Assembly (NCBI GenBank): GCA_963765185.1
Contig: CAVXWB010000142.1
Span: 1,895-65,894 of the forward strand
Source: Bryobacterales bacterium
Lineage (GTDB): Bacteria; Acidobacteriota; Terriglobia; Bryobacterales; Bryobacteraceae
DNA length: 64,000 nucleotides
Direction of reading: 5' to 3'
Each line of letters starts with the position of its first letter. The first letter of the stretch is position 1. The position numbers were made by a program, and so were the translations under genes. Shown in pieces: positions 17,962 to 26,572 of this stretch. The notes beneath the pieces were generated by a model. That model had not been told where the DNA came from, searched no databases, and saw only the letters and a list, made by a program, of their open reading frames with translations.

Positions 17962-18357
17962 ATGCTCCCACGATTCAGCTTGGCTGCGCTGCTGTTGCTT
18001 CCCGCGGCTCCGTTGCCGGCGCACCATTCGGCGGCGGCGGAGTTCGACACCTCCAAACCGGTTGTGCTGCACGGTACGGTCACGAAGGTGGCGTGGATGA
18101 ACCCGCATGTCCACATCTGGGTGGATGTCACGGACGCCAACGGGAAGACGACGAATTGGGATTTGGAAAGCGTGGCGCCGAACTATCTCCAGCGTCTGGG
18201 CTGGACCAAGCAGTCTCTGAAGGCCGGCGATATGGTCACCATTCGGGCGTACAAGGCCAAGGACCAGCCCAACCTGGCGAAGACGGATACGATTACTTTG
18301 CCCGACGGCAGGCGCATCACCACGGGCCACGCCGACGATGGCGCAGCCCGGCGTTGA
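17962..18357 (+). CDS. Small His-rich periplasmic protein (DUF6152-like, copy 1)
   Basis: The signal peptide ends '...PLPA|HHSAAAEFD'. 'VTKVAWMNPHVHIWVDV' is present. It is homologous to 49179-49556 and 53960-54337. The DUF number is recalled, not verified. Confidence 0.65.
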   Translation: MLPRFSLAALLLLPAAPLPAHHSAAAEFDTSKPVVLHGTVTKVAWMNPHVHIWVDVTDANGKTTNWDLESVAPNYLQRLGWTKQSLKAGDMVTIRAYKAKDQPNLAKTDTITLPDGRRITTGHADDGAARR

Positions 18358-18445
18358 TCGAATTCAAGATGCCGCATGGGCTGTTGCGTTAAGCTTGGTG
18401 ATGATTTTCGGCGGGAATCGAAATCTCGAAGAGAAGGAGCTCCGA

Positions 18446-19652
18446 ATGTTCCGTATTTTGATGAACTCGCGCAAAACGGAGCGCGGCGCGATCCGTTCCT
18501 GGCTGGGATTGGCGGTGCGCGCCGCACCCTTTGCGCTTCTAAGCATCGCGTTCCTGATCAACCTGACGATCGGCTTCGATCCGGCACTCGCCCAAGCTCC
18601 GGCTGCGCGTCCCCACGCCGCCGACCCGCGATCCTAACACGCCCGGTTATGTCACGGCGAAAGACTTGCCTGACGGCGCCAACGCTCCGGCCAAGGCGGA
18701 CGGAAACTTCATCCTGGGGCCCACTCACAACCCCGCGCCGGAGATGACCGCGCAGGACGGCGTGCCGCAGGGAACGGTGTCCACTTTCACCATGGCGTCG
18801 GCCGACAGCAAGATCTATCCCGGCATCGCGCGCGAGGCCGGCACGTTTGGCGCGGCGGATCCCGCCGATCCCGCCAAGTTGATCGTCACCACCAGCCACC
18901 CCGCTCCCTACACCCGGCGAGTGGCTGTGTATGTTCCCAAACAATACGTCCCCGGCACGGCGGCGCCGTTCATCGTCGGGGCGGACGGACCTGACCCGGC
19001 GCTGTTCACGGCTCTGGATAATCTGATCGCGCAGCATCGGGTGCCCGCGATGATCGCTATCTCCATCAGCAACGGCTCGGGCGATGCCCAGGGAAGCGAA
19101 CGCGGCCTGGAATACGACACCATGTCGGGATTGTACGCGGAGTTCGTCGAGAGCGAAGTGCTGCCTCTGGTGGAGAAGCAATACAACGTGAAACTGACCA
19201 AAGATCCGGAGGGCCGCGCGACGATGGGCGGCAGTTCCGGCGGCTCCTGCGCCTTGATCATGGCCTGGTATCACCCGGAACTTTACCACCGCGTTCTCAC
19301 TTATTCGGGCACGTACGTGAACCAGCAGTGGCCGCCGAACGCCCAGACCTCGCACGGCGCTTGGGAGTTTCATGAGCACCTCATCCCCAACACTCCCGCC
19401 AAGCCGCTGCGCATCTGGATGGAAGTCGGCGACAAGGACCTGTTCAATCCGAACGTCATGCGCGACAACATGCACGACTGGGTCGTGGCCAATGAGAACA
19501 TGGCCAAGGTGCTGGCAGCCAAGGGCTATCATTATCAGTTTGTGTTTGCGCGCAACGCCGGGCACACCGACCGCGCCGTGAAACAACAAACGTTGCCTGA
19601 GGCTTTGGAATATATTTGGCAGGGGTATCCTATCGCGGGCCCGAAGAATTGA
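18446..19652 (+). pseudogene. Esterase-family alpha/beta hydrolase with one apparent frameshift near 18611
   Basis: AAGGAG plus ATG 18446 and a signal peptide lie in one frame. The mature protein lies in another frame: 'PTPPTRDPNTPGY...GGSSGGSCALIMAWYHPELYHRV'. The frames meet at the C4 run 18611-18614. Confidence 0.7.
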
Positions 19653-19686
19653 TTTGCGTAAATGTCAGTCGTATAGAAAGGTGCAC

Positions 19687-20424
19687 ATGCTGAAACACGC
19701 CCTTGTGAGATGCGCATTGCCGATGTGCCTGGCCGCGGCGGTGGGGGTTCAAATCGCTTCCAGCCAGCAACCCGCCGCGCCGCAGGCGAGGGGACAGACC
19801 AAGGCGCCGCGGTTCATTCCGGAAGATCACCGGCCTCCGCTGTTCCTGAAAGAAACCTTCAAGGAGACGCCCAAAGGCACCTCCGAAACGCCCGTCGTAG
19901 CGGAGTATGTGACGAATCCGAATCTCGAGCTGAAATTGTATGGGCCGGGCGGCAAGGATATTCAGATCGTCCATCACGACTCGCCCAAGGATGAGCCTTC
20001 CTATATCTGGACCGGCCTCTGCGCGGCGCCTTGCGCGCTGGCGCTACGCGATAAAAACAACTACGTGGATCTGACCGGGCTCGCGAAGATCCGCTGGCGC
20101 ACCAAACAGGCCGGCTTCCATTTGCTGCGGCCGATTCTGAAGCTCGCCGACGGGACCTGGCTGGTGGGCGATCACACCGATGGATATACGGTCGACTGGC
20201 GCGAGTCCGAGATGTCGATCGGGGACATCCGCTGGCGGCACCTCGATGCCGAACACGTCACTGAAGGCAACGACGGGCGCTGGGTGGAAAATCCGGATCT
20301 GAGCAAGGTGGACGAGATCGGTTTCACGGATCTCACCATCGGCAGCGGCCACGGCGCTGGGGGTTCTTCGCGCATCGACTGGATCGAGGTTTACGGGGCC
20401 CCGGTCGCGCGCGCGAATCCATAA
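19687..20424 (+). CDS. Hypothetical secreted protein
   Basis: ATG 19687 gives the signal peptide 'MLKHALVRCALPMCLAAAVGVQIASS'. Confidence 0.55.
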   Translation: MLKHALVRCALPMCLAAAVGVQIASSQQPAAPQARGQTKAPRFIPEDHRPPLFLKETFKETPKGTSETPVVAEYVTNPNLELKLYGPGGKDIQIVHHDSPKDEPSYIWTGLCAAPCALALRDKNNYVDLTGLAKIRWRTKQAGFHLLRPILKLADGTWLVGDHTDGYTVDWRESEMSIGDIRWRHLDAEHVTEGNDGRWVENPDLSKVDEIGFTDLTIGSGHGAGGSSRIDWIEVYGAPVARANP

Positions 20425-20427
20425 TCC

Positions 20428-20904
20428 TTGGGCGTTTCGCGGACGAGGGTGCGGCAAGGACTCCTCCTTGCAGTGCGCTCCATCTTGCTGGGATGGGTGA
20501 TGCTGCTTTTGATCGCGTACCTATTGGAGCGTCCACTCTTGATTTTGATTGCAGGAAAGCTCGGCGCGAGTTGGTTGCCGACCGTTCGCCTGATGCTTGA
20601 CTGCTCGGCGTTGGCCGGAACCGGCTGGGTGATCGGACGGCTGGGCCGGGCGAATCCCATCCTTGCCGTAGCTGCTTTTGCGGCGACGCTCACTCTTCGA
20701 GATTTCGGAGAACTGGTGGAGATCAGGGTCCCTTGGCTGCTCCAATTGGCGGGCGACGCTCTTCGCGATCCGCGCTATTGGGATTCGTTGGGCTCCACTG
20801 CGGTCACCCAAACATTTCTGTTCGGCAGCTTGATCGCAGGTGCGCTGCTGAGCCGGCGCGCTCCCGCAACCGTACTATCGATCGTGGATGGGATGCCGAA
20901 GTAG
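20428..20904 (+). CDS. Hypothetical membrane protein
   Basis: 158-aa ORF with about 4 hydrophobic segments. Confidence 0.45.
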   Translation: MGVSRTRVRQGLLLAVRSILLGWVMLLLIAYLLERPLLILIAGKLGASWLPTVRLMLDCSALAGTGWVIGRLGRANPILAVAAFAATLTLRDFGELVEIRVPWLLQLAGDALRDPRYWDSLGSTAVTQTFLFGSLIAGALLSRRAPATVLSIVDGMPK

Positions 20905-21053
20905 ATTGTGCATCGGGTGGCGGATGCGGTGAATTACTGGGTTTCGCGGCAGATGCGGTCGCTGAGTGTGCGGATTGCGCTGGGCGTCCCAGATCTGGGG
21001 CGTGCTGCCGTCCGCCGGATTCGCCAACGACGATTTTGCGGCACGACTGAGTT

Positions 21054-23426
21054 TTACACGGATTCGAACAGCGCGCGATATTGCTCGGCCGCCCGACGCC
21101 GATCAAAGTCGCGTTCCACCATGCGGCGGCCGTTGGCTGCGAGTCGCTGCCGAAGGCCGGGGTCGGCGATCAGCAGATCCAGGGCGGCGGCGAAATTCTC
21201 GATCTCCGCCGCGTCCTGCGGCACCAGAATGCCTGTCTCCGGCGTGACCACTTCCGGAATCCCTCCCACCGCCGACGCCACCACCGGACGCGATGCGGCA
21301 AACGCCTCCAGAACGATCAGCGGGAGACCTTCCGCCTTCGACGGCAGGATCAGCACCTCGCAAGCGGCCAGTTCCGGGGCGATATCCGCCACGTAGCCGC
21401 GGAACTCGAAGAGACGCTCAAGGTGGTGGGCGCGCACCCGCCGTCGCAATCCGGCCAACTCCGGCCCATCGCCGGCCACCACGAAGCGGAAATCGTCGCG
21501 CCCGCGGCGATGCCGCAGCCGGAGCGCGATCTCCGCCAGCAACCAGGGACGCTTCACCGCATCCAGACGGCCCGCGAACAGAATGACGTGCGGGCCGTCC
21601 GCCGCGCCGGCGTGTTCCACATCGAAGCGCTCCTCATTGAAGCGTTTCGCATCGAAACGCTCCAGGTCCACGCCGTTCAAAATCAGCCGGATCTTGCTTT
21701 CGGCGATTCCCTGTGCGATCAGCTCCCGCCGAACGGTCGCCGAGGTCGCTACGCGCACATCCAGCGCCGCGTCCACTTCTCGCGTGGCCGTCACCAGGTT
21801 CCAATCCGCGTCCGCCGAATGGATCAGATCGAGGGTGCGAATGCGGGGCAGCCGCTGCTTGATTTGCGGCAACACGCTGTAGGCGGAGAGCGAATTCTGG
21901 AGCACCAGCGCATCCAGTTCCCAGTTGACGCAGACGGAATAGACGCCGGCCGCGAGTTTCTCGGCATCCACCAGCTTGCGCAGATCGTAGACGTGGCCGG
22001 CACGCTCCGTCCACTGCCCCCGCCAGGAATCGTCGGCGGACTGGGTGGCGATCAGAAACGTTTCGTAGTCGGCGGGATTGAGCGCGCCGGCCAGATCCAA
22101 GAGCACGCGCTCGGCTCCGCCCGGCCCCAGATGCGGCGTGACCAATCCGATGCGCCGCCGGGAGGAGCGCGGCTCCGGCATGTAGAACAAGGGCGCCGCG
22201 ACAATCGCGCCGGACTCCACCGACGAAGGCTGAAACTGGAGGTAGAAGCTCAGGTCAAACAGACGGCGGCCTGAAATGCGAAGGGCCGCGCGATTCACGC
22301 GCTGTTTGAGACGCAGCGGAATCAACCGCCCTGCCGAGCGCAATGGATGCCGCGTCCAGGCTGCGAGCGAGAGCAGACCGGCGTTGGCAAGATGGCGATG
22401 AATGGTTTCGAAGCTCTGCGGCAACGGCGGCGTCGCCGCAGCCGGGGATGGGCGCAACGGCGCAGGATTTCGTCCCCCGAGGTTTTGTTCGAAACCACGC
22501 CGCGACAGCGCCACTGAGCCGTCCGCGAGTTCGAGAGTGTCGTGGCCGCCCCAGACCGCCAGCGCCGCCAATTCCGCGCTCTCCGGGGCTAGCGGTGCCC
22601 CGCCCCGTGCCACCAGAAACGCCGGACACCCGGGCCCGTCACCCCTCTGCCAATCGAGGATGCTCTGCCGCCCGATCTGCGCCTGATCCGCCACGATCCC
22701 GACCGCGGGCGCCCATCGCGCCTTCACCCGCGCGCGGGCCTCGTACTCGTATAATTCCGGATGTTTGGCGCGGATGTAGCCGGTCAGTTTCGCATGCTGC
22801 GCGCGGGCCGTATCGAGAAGCGATGGGCCGTGTTTCCGGTAGCCGAACAGAACGCGGGGGACATGAAGTCCGTAACGCCCTCGCGCGCCCAGGTTCAGCC
22901 AGAATTCCCAGTCCTCATAGCCGCTTGGGGCCATGGATTGGTCGTACCCGCCGGCCTCCGCCCAATCGCTTTTGCGGATCAGCGCGGCGTAGGTCAGCAC
23001 ATTGCGGTCGAGCAGTTGGTAGAGGTTGTAATCGGGCACCCGCTCGACATAATTTTCGGCGCCGAATACGCGGTAATCGGTGAAGGCGAAGGCGGCGCTG
23101 GGATGGGCTTCGAGCGCAGCGCCGGCGGCCGCGGCATAGTCCGGTTCAAGAACGTCATCGGCATCGAGCGGAATGATCCACTCGTGACAGGCGGCCTCGA
23201 ACCCGGCGTTGCGCGCCGCCGCCAGTCCGCGATTGGGCTGCTCGATATAAAGATCCGCAAGCGCGCGCGCGTTCGCCAGCACCTGCCGGCCCTCCGGCGA
23301 ATCGGTGCCGTCGTCGACCAGCACCAGCTCCACCGCACAGCCCCGCTGAGCGCGCGCGCTGGCGATGGCTTCGAGCAGGTACGCAGGCGGGTTATAGCAG
23401 GGGACGACGATGGAGACGCCGCGCAT
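21054..23426 (-). CDS. Bifunctional glycosyltransferase (N-terminal GT2, C-terminal GT4)
   Basis: 'VSIVVPCYNPPAYLLEAIASARAQ...VLVDDGTDS' is the GT2 part. The C-terminal 'EGLPLIVLEAFAASRPVVASAVGGIPEVV' is a GT4 EX7E-type motif. Confidence 0.8.
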   Translation of the reverse strand: MRGVSIVVPCYNPPAYLLEAIASARAQRGCAVELVLVDDGTDSPEGRQVLANARALADLYIEQPNRGLAAARNAGFEAACHEWIIPLDADDVLEPDYAAAAGAALEAHPSAAFAFTDYRVFGAENYVERVPDYNLYQLLDRNVLTYAALIRKSDWAEAGGYDQSMAPSGYEDWEFWLNLGARGRYGLHVPRVLFGYRKHGPSLLDTARAQHAKLTGYIRAKHPELYEYEARARVKARWAPAVGIVADQAQIGRQSILDWQRGDGPGCPAFLVARGGAPLAPESAELAALAVWGGHDTLELADGSVALSRRGFEQNLGGRNPAPLRPSPAAATPPLPQSFETIHRHLANAGLLSLAAWTRHPLRSAGRLIPLRLKQRVNRAALRISGRRLFDLSFYLQFQPSSVESGAIVAAPLFYMPEPRSSRRRIGLVTPHLGPGGAERVLLDLAGALNPADYETFLIATQSADDSWRGQWTERAGHVYDLRKLVDAEKLAAGVYSVCVNWELDALVLQNSLSAYSVLPQIKQRLPRIRTLDLIHSADADWNLVTATREVDAALDVRVATSATVRRELIAQGIAESKIRLILNGVDLERFDAKRFNEERFDVEHAGAADGPHVILFAGRLDAVKRPWLLAEIALRLRHRRGRDDFRFVVAGDGPELAGLRRRVRAHHLERLFEFRGYVADIAPELAACEVLILPSKAEGLPLIVLEAFAASRPVVASAVGGIPEVVTPETGILVPQDAAEIENFAAALDLLIADPGLRQRLAANGRRMVERDFDRRRAAEQYRALFESV

Positions 23427-23436
23427 GGCCCGGAGC

Positions 23437-24828
23437 CTACTGCGCTCCGCGCCCCAGCAGCATGGTTTTCGCGGTGTGAAAGATGATGTAGGCGTCCAGC
23501 GACAGCGCCAGGTTTTTGATGTAGTACAGGTCGTACTCCAGCTTCTTGAGGCTGTCCTCGATGGTGTCGCCGTACTTGTGGTTGATCTGCGCCCAGCCTG
23601 TGATGCCCGGCTTGATGCAGTGCCGCTGCACGTAGAAAGGAATCCGCTCCTGCAGCACCTCGACGAATTCGGGGCGCTCAGGCCGCGGACCCACCACCGA
23701 CATCTCTCCGCGAATCACGTTGAACAACTGCGGCAGTTCGTCCAGGCGCAAGCGCCGGAGCCACCGTCCCAGGGGCGTAATGCGCGGATCGTCGCGCGTG
23801 GCCCACACCGCCCCCGTGCGCGCTTCCGCGTCCTGGTACATGGAACGGAACTTGAACAGCGTGAAGGTGGAGCCGCCCAAACCCACGCGGGTCTGGCGGA
23901 ACAGCGCCGGTCCGGGCGAGGTCGCCCTTACCAGCACAGCCGTCAATCCCATGATCGGAAGCGTCACCACCATCCCGATCAGACCCAACAGCCAGGAATA
24001 AACGCTTTGCAGCGCGACACTTTGCGGGCGCGGTCCCAGTTCAGTGGAGAAGATGAGCTGGGACGGACGCAAGTCCAGCGTGGAGACCCGGTGAAACAGC
24101 GTTTCGAACGTCACCGCGGCTTCTTCAATGTGCACGCCCGACAACCGCAATTGCAGCAACTGCTCCATGGGCAGCCGGTTGCGGCGCTCGGTCAGACCCA
24201 CCACGATCCGGTCCGGCTTTTGGTCGGCGACGGTCTCCCGCAAGGCCGCCATTCCTCCCAAAAGTCGCACGCCGCAAATCTCCTCCGGCGCGTCCTCATC
24301 CTGATCCAGGTATCCCAGCGCAGCCAGACCAAGGTCGGGACGCTGGGCGACATGGGAGATGATTTCGCGCACGGCCTGCGAGGAGCCGAGAAACAGGATC
24401 CGCTGCGCCCCCAATGCCTTCGAAACCACCTCAGCGAACAGAATCCGCCACGCCGGCAGCAACACCAGCACGCCTATACTGCCGTACACCATCAACCACT
24501 TCGGCAGCAGGAAGCTGGAGCGGCCATAGCTCAGCGCCGCCTGCAACACGAAAGCCATGCCCAGCACCAGGCTGATCTGCTGCAATAACAGAATCCGCGA
24601 GCGCACGCGGTAATCCTCATACAGGTCGTGAAAGTAGATTCCCAGGATGATGACGCCGACCACCAGGGCGATGTGCCACAACCCCCCGTCGTCGATCAGG
24701 AAGACATCGGGCGCCACATCAAAGGTCAGATACGCCGCTAACACATAGCAGGAAAAGACCAGTACGATCTCGGACACCACCAGAGCGATCACGTTGCTCG
24801 GAATGGAGACTTTAAAGAGCCGAATCAT
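23437..24828 (-). CDS. Polyprenyl glycosylphosphotransferase (WbaP/EpsB-type initiating sugar transferase)
   Basis: There are N-terminal TM segments and the bacterial sugar-transferase core 'FKFRSMYQDAE...DELPQLFNVIRGEMSVVGPRPERPEFV'. Confidence 0.85.
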   Translation of the reverse strand: MIRLFKVSIPSNVIALVVSEIVLVFSCYVLAAYLTFDVAPDVFLIDDGGLWHIALVVGVIILGIYFHDLYEDYRVRSRILLLQQISLVLGMAFVLQAALSYGRSSFLLPKWLMVYGSIGVLVLLPAWRILFAEVVSKALGAQRILFLGSSQAVREIISHVAQRPDLGLAALGYLDQDEDAPEEICGVRLLGGMAALRETVADQKPDRIVVGLTERRNRLPMEQLLQLRLSGVHIEEAAVTFETLFHRVSTLDLRPSQLIFSTELGPRPQSVALQSVYSWLLGLIGMVVTLPIMGLTAVLVRATSPGPALFRQTRVGLGGSTFTLFKFRSMYQDAEARTGAVWATRDDPRITPLGRWLRRLRLDELPQLFNVIRGEMSVVGPRPERPEFVEVLQERIPFYVQRHCIKPGITGWAQINHKYGDTIEDSLKKLEYDLYYIKNLALSLDAYIIFHTAKTMLLGRGAQ

Positions 24829-24962
24829 CTATAAAAAGGAACCCGCACTTCAGCTTATCGAATCTTGGCACGCTGGGTTGCAGGACAAGTCGCGTTTTGC
24901 GCATGCTTTGCGGCTAGTACCCTGGCCTTGACGTGCGCCTCCGTGCATGGTAGTTTCCTCAC

Positions 24963-25718
24963 GTGAGAAACTGTTTGCCTGGTTTGGTCATTTTGTTGGC
25001 TTTGGCCGCCGTGCCGGCGCCGGGTCAGGGAGAAGCAGAAGCGGCCTCGCTCCGCGCCGCCAAGCCGCAGCCGGGTCCAGCCCCCCGCACCGCGGACGGC
25101 AAGCCCGATTTTTCCGGAGTCTGGAGCCCGGAGCACAACTTCATTTACGACATCTCCGTCTCGCTCAAGAAGGGTGAGACGCTGCCTTTGCAGCCCTGGG
25201 CCGCAGATCTGGCCAAGACCCGCATGTCCAAGGACGATCCCGAGGCCAACTGCCTGCCCACTGGAGTGCCTCGCCAGAACCCGTATCCCTGGAGAATCGT
25301 CCAGACTCCCACGCACATCTTTTTCCTCTTCGAGGGCAATATCCACAGCTATCGGCAGATCTTCATGGACGGCCGCAAGCATCCCGCCGATCCCGACCCC
25401 ACCTGGTACGGCGACTCGATCGGCCATTTCGAGGACGACACCCTGGTGATCGATTCCGTCGGCTTCAACGATAAATTCTGGTTCGACTTCGCCGGCCATC
25501 CGCACACCGAGCAATTGCACGTGGTGGAGCGCTTCCGCCGGCCCGATTTGGGCCATCTGGAGTACGAAGCGACCATCACCGATCCGGGCGCCTACACCAA
25601 ACCCTTCACCATGTATGGGCACTCCACCATGGAAGCGGGCGTCGATTTGCAGGAATATATCTGCAACGAGAATAATCAGGACGTGCCGCATATCGTCGGC
25701 AAAGACAACCGTAAGTAA
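24963..25718 (+). CDS. Secreted protein, single-domain member of the family repeated at 44-56 kb
   Basis: Signal peptide plus 'DGKPDFSGVW...NCLPTGVP...DPDPTWYGDSIGHFEDDTLVIDSVGFND...HTEQLHVVERFRRPD...DPGAYTKPF...EYICNENNQD'. It aligns with the C-terminal domains of 49583-50674, 52870-53919 and 54364-55428. Confidence 0.65.
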   Translation: MRNCLPGLVILLALAAVPAPGQGEAEAASLRAAKPQPGPAPRTADGKPDFSGVWSPEHNFIYDISVSLKKGETLPLQPWAADLAKTRMSKDDPEANCLPTGVPRQNPYPWRIVQTPTHIFFLFEGNIHSYRQIFMDGRKHPADPDPTWYGDSIGHFEDDTLVIDSVGFNDKFWFDFAGHPHTEQLHVVERFRRPDLGHLEYEATITDPGAYTKPFTMYGHSTMEAGVDLQEYICNENNQDVPHIVGKDNRK

Positions 25719-25728
25719 ATTGCCCGCG

Positions 25729-25986
25729 ATGACAGAAACGCTTTCCATACGAATCGATTCCGAGACGAAGGCCCGCCTGGACGCGCTTTCCAAGCGCTCA
25801 AAGCGCTCGAAGTCGTTCCTCGCCGCCGAGGCAATCGCGGCATACGTCGAGTCCGAAGCCTGGCAAATCGGAGAACTGGAGGCGGGGATCGCGGAACTCG
25901 ATTCCGGCCGGACGGTGAGCCACGAAAAGGTATCAAAGTGGCTGAAATCCTGGGGCCGGCCGGGTGCGACAAAAGCCCCACGATGA
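25729..25986 (+). CDS. Ribbon-helix-helix antitoxin (ParD/CopG type)
   Basis: 'MTETLSIRIDSETKARLDALSKRSKRSKSFLAAEAIAAYVE' is an RHH fold signature. An ATGA overlap joins it to the downstream toxin remnant. Confidence 0.7.
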   Translation: MTETLSIRIDSETKARLDALSKRSKRSKSFLAAEAIAAYVESEAWQIGELEAGIAELDSGRTVSHEKVSKWLKSWGRPGATKAPR

Positions 25987-26226
25987 AGGTGGTTTGGTCC
26001 CGCCGGGCGATTCGGCATCTCGTTAGCCTGCGAGAGCACACCGAAAAGGATTCCGAGCAAAATGCCGCCCTGGTTGCGAGCCGGATTCTCAGTGCTGTCG
26101 AACTGCTCCAAACTCACCCGGAGTCGGGCCGGCCAGGCCGCCCCGTGGGACACGCGAGCTTGGCATGATGGCCTGGAGTTAATTGCGGTCTTCCACGGGC
26201 GCCAGGCGCGGCCGGTCAGGCGATAA
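25983..26226 (+). pseudogene. ParE/RelE-family toxin remnant (internal loss plus frameshift)
   Basis: The N-terminal part 'MKVVWSRRAIRHLVSLREH...HPESGRPGR' stops at 26168. The family C-terminus 'LELIAVFHGRQARP' follows in another frame at 26173-26226. The middle of the fold is missing. Confidence 0.6.
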
Positions 26227-26233
26227 ATCCCTC

Positions 26234-26281
26234 TTGACGACCCGGCTATTACGCGATACGATACTACGTACTGCGTAATAG
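26234..26281 (+). promoter_or_regulatory. Putative padR promoter with an overlapping inverted-repeat operator
   Basis: TTGACG (26234-26239), a 17-nt spacer and TACGAT (26257-26262). The perfect 9-bp inverted repeat 'ctattacgc' (26246-26254) / 'gcgtaatag' (26273-26281) ends 3 nt before the padR ATG. Confidence 0.4.
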
Positions 26282-26284
26282 ATC

Positions 26285-26572
26285 ATGTCCGATCCAAGCC
26301 TTCTTGTACTATCCAGCCTCGCCGACGGCGATAAACACGGCTACGCCATGATGGAAGACATCGAGCGTTTCTCCGGATTCCGTCTTGGCCCCGGCACTCT
26401 GTACGGCGCGATCACTCGCCTGGAGCAGCGCGGCTGGATTCGCCCGGTGTCTTCGGACGACCGCCGTCAGCCCTACACGCTCACCCCCGCCGGGCGAGCT
26501 TATCTCAAGGACCAGTTGGAGAATCTGGAACGCGTGGTCAAGACCGGATTGAGGAGGCTGCGCCACGCATGA
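26285..26572 (+). CDS. PadR-family transcriptional regulator
   Basis: 'LVLSSLADGDKHGYAMMEDIERFSGFRLGPGTLYGAITRLEQRGWI' is the PadR winged-helix signature. Confidence 0.85.
   Translation: MSDPSLLVLSSLADGDKHGYAMMEDIERFSGFRLGPGTLYGAITRLEQRGWIRPVSSDDRRQPYTLTPAGRAYLKDQLENLERVVKTGLRRLRHA

Noticed and set aside
24866-24882. Sigma-54-like promoter 'TGGCACgctgggTTGCA' upstream of the 24963 gene.
   Set aside because: The GG and GC dinucleotides are separated by 11 nt rather than the essentially invariant 10. The only sigma-54 activator in the window is itself broken. I treat this as a chance match.
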